This document shows, piece after piece, positions 36,031 through 49,433 of a stretch of 64,000 nt of DNA. Position 1 is the stretch's first letter. Each line of letters starts with the position of its first letter. This DNA is from Lepidodermella squamata. Lineage: Eukaryota > Animalia > Gastrotricha. The position numbers and the translations under genes were made by a program. The DNA lies in the NCBI GenBank assembly GCA_047495785.1, contig JBLDXI010000054.1, positions 3,348,001 to 3,412,000 on the forward strand, in the 5' to 3' direction. The notes under the pieces were generated by a model. The model had not been told where the DNA came from, did not search any database, and was given only the letters and a program-made list of their open reading frames with translations.

Positions 36031-38222
36031 ATCATAGTAGTTAGGAGTTTCCAAGCCCTTTCTTTGAAAAAAGGTCTACAATGGCTGTGTTATTTTGTTA
36101 TTCCGGAATTTTCGGGTCGCCCACTTCTGATGCTCACCTGGAAATTCAAAGAGTAGAGCTATGATGAGGACTTCATTGCCCAAAAACCTCTGGTTTACAC
36201 GGTAGTATCTTTCATCCGCTGCCTAAAAACCTGAGCTTCATCAATAGAGAATACAAGAGAACGCCCAATGTTCAATGGCTCTCCGTTGTTTTGTGGGGAC
36301 TCCATTTCCCCTTTCATCAAACCTACTCCGATTAGAGTCTTAGTGTTGCTACGATGAGTATCAAAACGAAGAGTAAAACTTGATCGTTATTTTTACATCG
36401 TGCAAAAGGCGCATGAACGACGTTCCGCATACAGGGTGCCATGACTAATTGCATGTTGCACTTGAGAGTTAAGGGCAACTTCTCCACTGCGTTGAAAACC
36501 CGAAACTTTGACAGTTTGAGTCAATTCCGGGTTCCGACTCCACCTTGACGATGAATGTCATGTACCCAATCTTCATTTTGTATAGCGATGGATCAGTGTT
36601 TCGTCCATGTTTCGACCTGTGGACTTCTGATTACTGCATGCCCCTGCTGACTGTGGGAAAATAAAAAAATTTGAAAATCACAAGCGATTTCAAATTTCAG
36701 CTGCTGGCATTAATTATCATGGCAACATTGCTGTTGACAATGTAGTATCATTCATCAAATTATGTGCTTGCTATATCCATCATTCATTTCCTTCACTTCA
36801 TAAGCGAAGATCCTAAATCCCATAGCGCTTGATATCTTAAGATCCGACTTATTTGTGCCATCCCCGCATTCCTATTTACGATAATGAGGCCTGTTATATT
36901 TTATTCTTGAATTTGAGCCTCACTGAAAACATTCCACACTATCTCAATTCCGCAACAGGTCTTAGTTGAATTTAATGTTAATTCAGCTGGATTTACTCTG
37001 AATTATGCTAAACTTGGCGAATAAGTAAATTGTATTAAAGTCTGGCATGGCTTTGTCTTATTTATTAAGCATTGTGCTGACCTTATTTTGTGATCCATTT
37101 CTAGTCTATATCTTCATAAGCACAATTTAAAAATAGCTTTTTAGCTATACACTTGATTTTTCTGAGACAATCCAAGCTCTTTCAAATCGTTCGTTGCGAT
37201 ACAAATGATTAGCTGATAGTAAAATAGGGGTTATAAAGGTTATCATTATGTTGTCCTTATCAATAGGTTCAATCCGAATAAGATATCTTAATCGTAGATT
37301 TATTGTTTATTTAGTTATTGAGCATTGATACATTTGAGATCGAGCAACGGGAGCAACAGGTGGAAGTTGTAAAAAAAGTGAAGAAAGCGCAAATTCGTGG
37401 AATTATGCGATCGTTAGCCGTTGCTTTTTAATTTTTATTTCGTGGATTATCAAGTTTAAAAGCACTGTCCACGTGGTCATTATTGTGATGAAAATGACGC
37501 ATAGGTTTTACAAATTACCGGCTAAGTTCATTTGGGATTTTTATGTTTTTTCACCTCCATGTTGTCCTGTGATTGCGTGTTGCAAATTTGGTGTGTGATA
37601 TTTGATTCACACATGAGCGGCTTATCTTCTCATCGTTTCAAGATAACCAGCGCTTCCGTTATCTTGAAAAGAGTATTTCCCGAAACATGCTCGTGCTTTT
37701 AACTTGTTGCTCGTAATATAGTACCTTAATTTTAACGTCAGCTATGTAGGAAACATTTTCTTGAGAAAGTCAATTTCAAAGCCAACATATTAAAATTAAT
37801 ATCATCCAGCTTTATGATTGTTGTTTTCGATGAAAATCGATGCTCTGTTACTGTGAGCTAATGGCGTAGTAATTTTACGTGTAGCTATTTACTCCCTGTC
37901 GATGAAGAGCTGAATTTTGTGTTCGACTCGATGTTTATTTTCAAGATGTGTTATGTAGGCGCTCATCGGAACGCTCCCCTTATCTTTTAGCAATCATGAA
38001 CCATGAACATCTGCTTGTTCTTGGTAATCTGTTATTTCTGTTGAACGCTTCAGTACATTTGCATTAAGGTAGCAGATACAAGGCAATTCCCGCGTCTTCA
38101 CTGCATGCGATGATAAAACATAAATCACAAGCTCTCTCTGCTTGTTTGTTGTAGACGTATTATACCGGAAGGATACCTACCGAAAACCGGCTGCACGCAT
38201 TTCTTGTTTATCTTGCAACACT

Positions 38223-39787
38223 ATGCTGGTTTCAAGCAGCGCTGTCATTGTCGTTTTATTGCTCATCGCCGGCTCGAACGCTTCCACCGTGAGCGATGCG
38301 AAAACAGTTCCGTTAGCCATCATGACATCTAGCTCGTATGTTTTCTACGGATTATATTAAGGCGGGTTTTTAATAACGATTCGTTTCAGAATTGAGCTGG
38401 CACCGGCGAAAATTGGCAATGTAGTATCAGCCGAGCTTCTGTCGCAGACGACGATTGCTGCGATTGCGGAAAATGTGGAAAAGCTTGTTCTCATTGTTAT
38501 GCCAAAATTGAGCTACTCTCACGTGGTTTACGATGCCAATTACAACAATCAGCACGACACGCAGAACCTGGCGAGTGCGCTTGAATCGATGAGCAGCGTG
38601 TTGTACCCCGCTGTTTCTAACATCGACCGCCTGTCGCTGGGCGCACCGTCGACCATTCTGCACATTAACGCGATTGCCGATTTGAAAAGCGAGGATATTC
38701 TGAAGGCGGGTCGCAATGTCCAGATCAGACTCGGCGGTGGTCTATCGCTTCACGACGCCGATGCAATTCTAGGCTCGATTGTCAAGCTGCTGAATTCAGC
38801 GGCCGGGCACAGTTTTTCGGTTATTTACACAGCTGATGAAGCTGATGAATGGGTTCACGGCATCCCGTCCTCGCATCATGACGCAGAGTTGGCCAGTCAC
38901 AAAGAGGAGACTCTGGCGCGTTACAAGCGACAGGCCAAAAACAAGTCAAAGGTCAAGGCTGTCGCTGCCGGGTCTGCCGCTAGCCTGAGAAGCGGAGCTA
39001 ACGAAAACCCTAACAACACGATTATTCAGTACGGCGGCAACTGCTTCCTGTTCTTCACTGAAACATTCAGCGTCGTCATTAGGAACACCACTCTGAACAA
39101 AGAGGCGGGCGCCTACAACATCAAGGTATTCAGGCCGACGAATAATGGCACCGATCAAAATTGCACAACCAGCCCGAAGACTGGTGATGGTTTTAATGTC
39201 ACCGTTCCCATCGCCAATCCATCTCAATTCGGAAATTTGACCGCCCTCACTTTCACGTAAGCGAATTTTCCGAATTGCAGCCTTCCTAAATAAATCATTA
39301 TGTTTAATCAGATTTGAAGTTCTTATGAGAAATCCGTGGGAATGGATCATCAAGGCTATCAATGTCGATTACACAGCTAATGACCTTGGAAGCGGCACGG
39401 TCGTCTTCAAGCCTGACTTCCTGACGGCTCAGCTTCAATTCAGTTTCCACTGTGATAACCCCGATACGATTGTTCGGACAGATAAGCCAAATGCGTTGTA
39501 CGCTGAGCTTACCTTGAAAAATGTTCAGGTACGTTAGTTTTTAATTTTTTGTTTTTTTTTTTAATTTGGTTTTTTAGGTGCAAGCGTTTGATGTGGCTGA
39601 GAACAGATTTGGCTGGCAGTGCGACTGCGTTGGCTTTTTCACGTCAGCCATCTGGGCCGGCTTGGTGGTCTCCGCCATTTACTTGATGATCATCGCACTC
39701 GCACTCGTTATGTTGATGAATCTTGAAACCATGGACCGTTTCGAAGATCCGAAGGGACAGGGCCTCAAGATTCAGGCCTCTGGTTAG
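38223..39787 (+). CDS. ATP6AP1: V-type proton ATPase accessory subunit S1 (Ac45)
   Basis: Exons 38223-38335, 38390-39256, 39312-39528, 39578-39787. Signal peptide, furin site RYKR, FSFHC, QVQAF...FG...DCVGFFT..IW.GL, TM, MDRFEDPKG. Confidence 0.92.
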
Positions 39788-40754
39788 AACAACAGCGCGT
39801 TGACCTTTGTCCGAAAAATACAATTACAAATCTTCAGCGTCGTGTTATTTATAACTCGTCTCTTTCTCTCTCTCGTAGTGTGAAATGTGCACGTTTTGCT
39901 TGCCGGCGCGCTATCACTCTCAGACAACGTGTTATAGTTTTATCATCGCCGCTGTTACAATTATTAAAGTGCAATCTGGACTGCCGCTTCGCCGGGGTTA
40001 ATTCTCTGCTACCATAAGAATAGAAGACAATTTTACTTGTGTGCTACAATAATAAATTGTCTGACAAAATATAAGTGATGTTTATTCATTTTAGAGCCGC
40101 TTTCGACACCTACCTGTTTTCATCGAGCTTGTGTAACTGCGATAATTAAAACACTCTTCAAGATCCTCGTTTTAAAAGTCGGTGTTTATTTATTTATTGA
40201 CGTTTCATCTTTCTATAGTAGTCAGTCGATTCCGTACAATATGAATATAATAGCAATTGATTCTGGTTGTTGAATAAAATTGGTGATGTGCGCGTCAATT
40301 AATACAACTGGAAAGTGGTTCGCACATTCGCACAAAGGCCCGAACAACCCTGGTTGAACGCTGCGTATAATAATATTCATAATTTGCTCACACACGTTTG
40401 TTTGCAAGGCCAGTAGCAGCAGTAGTAGCTGGAGTAGTTGTTTGCATGTCTTGTTTACCAAATAGCACTTATCGTTGTCATCGCTGCGGCTCTTTTTCCG
40501 AGTGTCATGTTCGTCGTATTTTGACCCGTGCGCGCGCGCTCGTGCTCGTCGCGTTAGTCATCTTTCTGCGTTGTCTGGTCCCCCTGCCTTTATTATTTAT
40601 CATTATTGCTATTTGTTCTCCCTACATCTACATCTATATATACATGTTCGTATTATTCAAATTTCCCTTTTTAGGTCATTTGTAATATTTCTTTTGTAAA
40701 TGTCGTGATCGCATTTGTTTCCTGCGAAAACCTGTTCGATATATTATTTCGAAA

Positions 40755-43683
40755 ATGGACCTGGAAGTTCTATCGCCCCAGGAGCTTCGCGGTGTGATCA
40801 CGCAGCTGCAAAGCGAACTCGAAGGCGCCAATGCCGAGCGAATGCAAGCGGCTCAATGCGGCCTGGCGATCCTCGAGGAAAATCAATCGCTGAAACGGCA
40901 CGTCGAAGACTGCGAAGCGACAATCGAAGCCACCCGGGCCGAACTCGAGCAAGTGCAACGCGCTTTCACCGAATATCAGCAAACGCACAAACAAGAGGCA
41001 ATGAGCGGCATTAAAATGGAAGAATCGCTGCTAGATGAAACCACTGCGAAAGAGCAAAGCTACGTCTCCGTCATATCAGGCCTCGAATCTGAGCTTAGAG
41101 CTGCTAAAGCCACGAGTGAACGGTACGCGCATTTTTAATTAGTCTGATATAAATCTAACATATGTGCAACAAAAAGTGAAACTGTTTTATTAAGGTGACG
41201 TTTCTATTTTTTTTATGTGTTCCAGGCTCACTAGTGAAGTTGCTCGCCTTCAGCTGCAAGTTCAGGAGCTTCAGCTTGTCGTTGAATCTCGGGATATTGA
41301 GCTGCAAAGAGCGAGGCGCGAATTGAAGGATCTGAAGATCCGCGAATCTCAAGCCATGGCAGATTACGCCGAGCTGGAGGAAGAAAACGTGGCCCTGCAA
41401 CAGCAAACGAGTCAATTGAGGCAAAACCAGATTGACTTTGAGGCTGTTAAAATGGAACTCGAACAAATGCGGGACGCGAATAACGATCTGAGAAATCAAC
41501 TTGAGGATCTTCACAAACTCAAGTCGATTGTCGATAAGAGTTTGAATGAAGCTCTAACTGCTTTGACTCAGGAACGCGAGCAACGTTTGGCGATGAGGCG
41601 AGATTTCGAGCAAAGACTGGCGAATAGCCAGGCTGATTGCTACGATCGATGGGGTTCGCTTGTCACCAGCATGACCGGGCCCTCTCGGCATTCTCAGCAA
41701 ACATCCGGCGTTTTGTCTGGCGATGAGCAATCTCAGCAGGATGGTGCGAATTCCGGTGGTGTCGGCGACTTGTTGTCCGAGCTTCGAGTTGCTGAAGTTT
41801 CTCGACTCGAAACCGTGATAGCCTCGCTGCGGTCCGAGCGCGACTCGGCCGCGTCGCACCTCGACGATCTGCGGCGGCAGGTTGACGAGTCAACAGCCAC
41901 CTTAACCGCGAAACAGTCGGAGAATTCGGAGCTGGAACGCCGGCTTTCAAGTGCCGTCGAAATCGCCTCTGCCGCGATTCACTCGATTTCTAACCTCAAA
42001 AACCAACCCGATATCGTACCGGCTGATCAATCGGCGTCGAGTCGTTCCGAAGAAGCAGCGCAACTTCTTGTCAAGTTACAGCTTGTTGTAGGCCCAGAAT
42101 CCTCCGTTGATTCAATGGGACGAAATCTCGAGCGTGTAATGGGTCACCTGCTGAATGCTGATCGCCGGTGTTCTGAAATGGAGGCGCAGTTGAAACTGGC
42201 TTCGAATGGCATGAACACCGCTCAGACGGGTTTGTCTACGGTACGCGAAGAACTGACTAGGGTCACGGAAGAGCTCGAACAACTCTACCATCAGAATTGC
42301 GAGGTGACCGGGGAAACGCCGAATCGGTTGCTGTTAGCAGCTGCGATAGCGCCGAATGGAGACACGCTATCGCCGACCACCGAGCAGAAATTGTCCCGAG
42401 AGCCTAGCCCGGCGAATTCGACCCTGGTTTCGTCGTCTACAAGCGAAACTACGCTTTCGTTTGAAAGACTTTTCGAGCTCGTCCATGTCCAGGTTCGCCA
42501 TCTTTCGAACGCCTTCCAACAACTTTCGTCCATGGTCGACTCGGCGAAGAAGTCGAACTCGGGTGAACCCGGTGTCGTCACCCTGGCTGTTCCGGGCGAA
42601 CCGTCGGCCTGTTCGCCTGAGGCCTTCGAAGAGCTGCAGCGGGAAGTTGCAAGATCTAAGGCGATGTTGAACACGAAACGCGAGCAAATCGCGACTCTTC
42701 GCAGTTTGTTGAAAAATAACAAGCAGACCGCGGAAATGGCCTTGTCCCGTCTGCGGCAGAAGTACGACTACGAGAAGCAAGTTGTGACGGAGACGATGAA
42801 CAAGCTTCGCAGCGAATTGAAGACATTGAAAGAAGACGCGGCCACTTTTGCGTCTCTTCGTGCCATGTTCGCTCAACGGTGTGATGACTACGTGACGCAG
42901 TTGAGTGAGCAGCAACGCCAATTGGGAGCTGCTGAAGAGGAGAAAAAGACCCTCAATTCACTACTTCGCATGGCCATCCAACAGGTTCGTTCTGAGTTTG
43001 TTAATATTTCGATTTTTTAAGTTGTTATTTTTCTCTAGAAACTGGCGTTGACTCAGAAATTGGAAGAAATTGAATTCGATCGCGAGCGGAGAAGTTTGAG
43101 AACTGTCAAACCGACTGGTACTCAGCTGCCGTCGCCTATTACCGGCCAGCCGCCACAACCGAGCGGAATGATAGTCACCGGGCCGAGTACTGGTCCCTCC
43201 GTCGGCACTCCCCGTGGTGGCAGACCGCAAATGTCTGGCCCTGGCCAACGACCAGGAAAGGTACGTATATATTTTTGATTACCCATACGCCCTGCTTGCT
43301 GTGAATTTGCGGTGTGCATGCGCTATAGTTTTTGTTTCTTAACTTGATTTGATGCATGTTTTTGAAAGGCCACGCCCACAACGTCGCTCCTCGTGCAGAA
43401 ATCTCTTGCCGCCGTGCAGCGGCAGTCGCCATTAGTCAACAACTCATTCGTGCCATCATCGGCTCAGCCACAACTACAACAACAGCAACAGTCTTCCTCG
43501 CCTACTCCTGGCAGTCCTGCTCTGAATTCAGCCGCCAATGGTTCTAATATGCGCAATTTTTATAACAATCGTCGATCGGTGCAAGGCAATTTAGCCGAAG
43601 CTAACAGTAGTAACAGTAACGCGACTAACGGATCTAATCGTCTTCCGGCCGCCATTCCGTCCCCAGAAGGCGCAGCTACTTGA
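40755..43683 (+). CDS. BICD: Bicaudal-D dynein adaptor (isoform with proximal last exon)
   Basis: Exons 40755-41122, 41226-42984, 43039-43260, 43369-43683. CC1-box [85 protein letters not shown]. Confidence 0.95.
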
Positions 43684-43987
43684 TTGAAACAAAAATATTT
43701 CTGTTTTGAAATAAAAAAAATAATCGTAGCTGATATCAAAACTAAAAGAGGAAAGGCAGATCAGATTTGATTGTGATACAAAAATTACTATGAATGCACT
43801 GCATGAATTTTATTTCGAATATTATTAATAATATACTTACAAATATATATAAATATATATATCTTCGATCAGATTATGATAATAATCTCTGTGTGCTACT
43901 GAACTGAAAGTTTCTGTTGCCTGCTGCTACTCCTGTGCTTTTCAGCCACTTGAAAATGGCTTTTAACTATTGCTCTTTGGTCATTAG

Positions 43988-44281
43988 GACCAACACAGCA
44001 ACAACTCAAGACGCCAACACAGCAGCTACCAGAATCTCGCCTCTGGTTTTCTCAGCGTGCCACCCACCCCTCCACCCTTTAATCATCAGCATCAGCAAAA
44101 CCTTTCGTCGGCCTTCCACTTCGGTCTGCCGAACCACCAGCCAGGGCAATCTCAGCTGATTTTTCATAGCCCGCCGCTAACTCAAGCGCAATCGCAGTTT
44201 GCTGCTGCTTTTCTGCCATATTCGTATTCCGCCGCGGTTTCTCGCTCACGGACAGATTTAAGTCGCCAGCATCTGAACTAA
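43988..44281 (+). CDS. BICD: Probable alternative terminal exon of BicD
   Basis: Acceptor TTTGGTCATTAG ends at 43987. A phase-0 join to the 43260 donor gives an open 97-codon low-complexity tail (DQHSNNSRRQHSSYQNL...SRQHLN*). Confidence 0.55.
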   Translation, partial: DQHSNNSRRQHSSYQNLASGFLSVPPTPPPFNHQHQQNLSSAFHFGLPNHQPGQSQLIFHSPPLTQAQSQFAAAFLPYSYSAAVSRSRTDLSRQHLN

Positions 44282-44885
44282 CGCGGTTTTTTCTACCTTG
44301 TCGTGCTAAATTATTACATAACTATCTCTAATGATAATAATTTGTTATCGTTATTTCCACGTTTTTCTTTCTCGAATTGCTTTTGAGCTTTAATTTTTTT
44401 TGAGTTCTCGAGGATAAAATCAGTGTCATGATGTCATGGTGCTGCCATGTGAGCATCACGCGAGCCATAACTTATACGAGGTAATGCGAAATCTCACAAT
44501 CGTCATTGCAACTGGTGAGAAATAGCGCGACCAATCACTTCCCGTTGAATGAGAACGAATTTAATATGCAGAGGAAGAAGAAGTCTATAATAATCTATCA
44601 CCCTGGTTTAAAAGATGATTTATTGCTGACGTGGAAGTGCGGTTGTATTCTCGATTTTCTGTTGATTATTCAGTTTTAGAGGCGAGTCAAGTAGTCTCGC
44701 ATACCTCCGTGTTGAAATTATTGCTATGAATATTTGTTGTTAGAAATTTTTCGTTAAACTTTTTTCTGTTGCCAACCCGAAATTAGTTGGCTAGTACGCA
44801 TTTGTTACGATTCACCATTGATGAGAAGTAAAAAATAATGCTGACAGCTCATTTGACTTTTATTATTCATTAAAGCGCAACAAAT

Positions 44886-45902
44886 TCACTTTTTCACAGC
44901 GCCCCTCTTGGGCTTCAGTTTACGAGGTACATTGGCAGACTTTCCGAGCGACGCTCGCTTCTTGGAGATACTTTCTCGAAGAGAATTTTCCCATTCTTGT
45001 TTGTGCATTTTATATATTTCCATGGCAGTTCTAGCATCTTCGACCTGAAAAAATTGGTTATCGGTAATAAATCAGTAAGTTAGTATGCTTTAAAATTTAC
45101 CGAACTGTGCTCTCCGGACTGGATTGTTTTGCCGAGAAGGATTTTCGCCAAAGCTTTCAGGCCAGGAGTTTGGCCATTGGTAAGTTTACGAAAAGGTCTA
45201 TAGCGACTGGAATCACGCATATCGCGTTTCGGATGTGACATGAGCAGTGCTTTGAAATCATGTTTTAAAGCGTGACCCACGACTATTCTGCCGTTCAGCA
45301 GCTCGAAAACTTCTTTCTGAACCACTGACAAATCTTTACCTATACCAACAAAGTGAGTTGGAAAAGCATTTGAACAAACCCGAATTCACTTACCGGCTAG
45401 AATATCTTTAAATCTTACACCACTGACATGAGTTCGGAGGTCTGTAACATAGTCTTTTGGTTTTACGAAGGTGTCGTAAAGGCATTCGCCTCGTTCATTT
45501 ACAACAGAGACTCTAGCTAGAATGCTTTCCCGACCAGTTACACCGATCCCAACCATTCTGAAGTATTAAATATTTGAATATTCAAATATTAGGATAAAAA
45601 ATTCACAAATTAAAATTACTCGCAGTCGATTGCGACAGCCTTAGTCAGCTTCGGTTGCAACCTATAGTGGAAAATAGTAGTTCGTATAATTAAGAATGCA
45701 AAGACGCAAGCCAACTTTTCGGGTTCAGAGATCGCCAATTCCTTCGAGGCTTCGTTCACGGGCACAGATGTCGCTCTGGGTGGTTTTTTCCTTGCGGCGA
45801 TACGCTGGTTCAATTGGAAAAGATACAGTTGTTTCGAAATTAGGATGTATTTCTCACCTGTTTTAGAGCATTCCAGTTCGGAGATACTTTAGAGGCCATC
45901 AT
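44886..45902 (-). CDS. REXO4: RNA exonuclease 4 (DEDDh 3'-5' exonuclease)
   Basis: Exons 45902-45858, 45804-45716, 45661-45620, 45557-45394, 45339-45101, 45044-44886. [46 protein letters not shown]. Confidence 0.93.
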
Positions 45903-47449
45903 AAGATACTTAAGAGGTCAAATGATCTGATGATAATCTACCAAATAAATTGAAATATACCGACGATTAACAGACATGGAACGCAGAAATCAAGAAGTTT
46001 AGCATAGCGTCACAAGTACTCTGCGAAGTAAGAGCGGACTTCTGGTCAACCGATGTTAACCCTGATTTCGTCGTCAAATATCGCAATACTGTGAGGCTAA
46101 TATATTTCATTTAATTTTCTACCGATACTGTAAGTGCCGAATCGCCCGAATAAAAGTCCATTACTGCGACGACTCGAGTTTCAAACTTCAACTTGGTGCC
46201 CAGTGCCCATTTGGTTACTGTTTATATGAAAATTTTCGCGATGCAAGGGCTCCAAAAAGCCGTGACAATTTTTGCGACAAGCAAAATTACATAGTCGTAT
46301 TTTGCTACCCTACGCTAGCCGCTAGCTACCCTCTAAAATGAAAGCCTAGTGATAGTTGTTCTTTGTAAACTGTCCCAGATAACTTTGGTCCTATTGTATG
46401 TGCCATAAATATTAAGCCGAGAATAATTCTTCACAGCTCCCTCACTGTGATTAATTTGGCTCCGATTTGCAGAAAGCCTACGCTCTCACCACGTTGTCCG
46501 ATGTTGTTAGTTGTTAACATTAGGAAGGTTGAAGGTGAACTTTTAGCTCAGACACGGGTTTACGTTACAATGCCGAATAACTGACGACTGATTATAAACC
46601 CTAACAGCGGAAGGCAGTTTTCCGTTTTAACTCTCTAAAAACTCTCGACCTAAGAATCGATTCTATGTAATCAACTGGGCCTCAGATATCACGGCAACCG
46701 GCGCGCGGTACAAAGCAAATTCAGCTCCTTCCGAGTGCGGAGTGGTGAACAAAACACTAGGGACAAGTAACAGGTAGCGGCACCGCAAAATGTTCGACGA
46801 AACAAAAATGCGCACGTGCGCACTCCTGAGAGTTTAGCGCGGAAAATTCATGCTGAAGGTCGTTTTTTGAATATATGCTAATGTGTTTACTGAGTTAATA
46901 GATAGTATATAATGAATAAGGTAACATCACAAACCAGTCAAATTGCTAAGATTTTTTAGTTTTGGCCCAAATAATCTACCTCTGAGATGCCAGTTTTTGG
47001 GTTGGGTTTTGGGTTTGGTTTGTGTTTGGCGTTTAGCTTTTGGCGTTGATGAGCCCTTCTCCGAGGTGCGGGGGTCAGCTATGAGCTATGAAGCCGTTAG
47101 ATTTTTACCACCTACCTAATATCCATATGTTTGACTATGTACTCCGTACTCCGTTTCCAAACCTCATATTTTTTAGTTGCCGGCAGCTTACAACTTACAC
47201 AGATTCGGCCTCTCAAGTCTTTGATGTTTGCGGGTGCCTTCGAGACTTCTCGTTTCATCTTCCACTTCAACAGGCCAACCCATCTCTCACATACCTGTTC
47301 GCAGTTGACTTGACATCAGTTAAATGGTTCTTGCTTTAGGTTTGGTCACTTTTCCTTCTTTTCCTCGGTGCCATGCCAATCGTAATATGAGCCACTAATT
47401 CAACGTTTTAAAATCTAGATCTCTCGTTACCTATATATTTGACTGCCAG

Positions 47450-48712
47450 ATGTCTCAGCAAAGTGGGATAACAGTTTCTCCTCAGCTGCGTCAAATTTTT
47501 GCCGGATGCAATGATGGCCATATCAGAATGATAAAAATGGTTATTTCCAATGGTGAGCATCCTTTTTATATTCTCAATGATCAAATTCAGTTGCTTGCCT
47601 ATTAAGAACAAATTGTCCTTGATGTGTTGAACAATACCGTATCAACGTGGGAAAATGACTGGAATAAACTTGTGATACCATCGCTCTCGCTCGATCGGCC
47701 GTGTTACATACTTTATCGTCTTGATAGCCAAGGACAAAGCTCGACTTACGATTGGGTTTTCCTATCATTCTGTCCCGACACAGCTCCGGTACGTCCTATA
47801 CTTGAATGTGCGTTGTAAAATATGTAGTTTGCTCATTTCAGGTCAAATTGAAGATGCTACACGCGTCGACCAAAGCAACTCTCAAGAGGTAGGGCAATCT
47901 TTTTAAAATAATGTAAAGTGAGTGAAGTATTATTTTACAGAGAATTCGGCGAAGGGGCTATAAAAGCAGATTTGCATGGGACTCTTCAGAATGAATTGAC
48001 TCTGGAAAGCTACAGAATCAAATTAACGCAACACGCTGCTCCTAAGCCTCTTACCGCTTACGAGGAGGACTTGGTTGCCATTCGCGAACAGGAATTTCGC
48101 CCAGATATTGGCGCTACTTCGAAGCAAGCTGTTATGAAAGGAGTCTCATTTCCGATCACAGAAGCTGGACTGACAGCTGTCCGAACGTTTGCACATAATA
48201 AATGCAATTTCGTCGTAATGGTTTGTTATACCACACAATTGATTAAGGTTTCGTTCAAATATTTTAATTTACAGAGCGTAAATATCGTGAAAGAGGAAGT
48301 TGAAGTTGAAGGCTCAGGGAACGCTATGACTGCTGAAGAACTAGGCCAATTATTACCTCAAGCACACGCGAGATTTGCGTTATATCGCTTTAAAATCAAC
48401 GCTCAAAATCGCGACGGGGTTGTCTTCATCTACTATGTTCCAGCTGGTGGTTGTCCTGTTAAAGAACGCATGTTGTACTCGGCGTGCAAGAAAACGCTTA
48501 TTCAACAGCTCGAATCGATCCTAGGCCACGAATCAGCTATTGCGAAGTCTCTAGAAATAGATTCCCCTGCAGAATTGAGTACACACTCTCTGAACATGGA
48601 GTTCGGTGTCGCTGAAATCACTGCGCAACCAACGTTATCGACTGGATCGAGGCCGGCTCCCCCAGGCCGTGGACCAAGGCGGATGATTCGCACGCCGGAT
48701 GAGCGAAATTAA
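47450..48712 (+). CDS. TWF: Twinfilin (two ADF-H domains plus capping-protein-binding tail)
   Basis: Exons 47450-47552, 47607-47788, 47842-47888, 47941-48220, 48275-48712. MSQQSGI, PCYILYRLD, KMLHASTKATLKREFG, PLT..EE.L, CPVKERMLYS.CK, RPAPPGRGPRRMIR. Confidence 0.93.
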
Positions 48713-49433
48713 TTTCATTTCAAAGCTGTTATATTATATTTATAATCGATAGACTATGCATTTCTCCTTGAATTTATGACTTGAAAATCTATCTTAACGA
48801 TATGCCTCCGTGTGATTATTCATTGTTTACTATGTCTGACGCCGATGAAATCAATCATGTTCAAGAGTGATTGAAGTCTGCTTGCCGTGATTTTTTACTG
48901 TGCACACCATTATGAGATGATATGAACCGAACAAGGAAGTGGCTGTGCTGAGCGAAAACCATTTGCTTTCAAGATGGTGTTATTACTTGTTTAAAGCATT
49001 TTACGCCCTCATCATTCGTTAACCTATTTGCAGTTGGTTGTTTTTCCGTGAGGGAGGCGGTTGCTTTGTGTATGTTGTTTTCCGTAGCATGCATCCCCCG
49101 AGCGCCGTCTGACGGCTTTATTTATTCTCTCCCAGATAATTACCAAAGGTGCTTTACCCTCGATTTATGTTTCTGGGGTACTTTCCGCTGCATCGAATTA
49201 CTATCGGCAATTTTTACGCTGTAGTCTTTGATAGCTGATCGAATGATTGTTTGAATGATGGAAACAAAATAAACTATTGCTCTCTTTCTTATTGATGCGA
49301 TTATGGCTTCCTACTTGCAGTTCTTTAATATATCAGATATAACGGACCTTCGACATTTGAATAAATGATAATGGGCCATGCGACTGGTGATTTTGCCGCT
49401 TTTATGTCACTGCTAATTGATTGGGCCATCACT

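Noticed and set aside
41155-43248. Multiple antisense ORFs over BicD (likewise over FAM114, p38 and the P450s)
   Set aside because: These are shadow ORFs of GC-richer coding sequence with no recognisable domains.
47185-47205. GCTTACAACTTACACAG resembling a rotifer-type spliced leader
   Set aside because: It is not followed by a GT donor or a correctly placed Sm site, and a similar simple repeat occurs in reverse near 52031.
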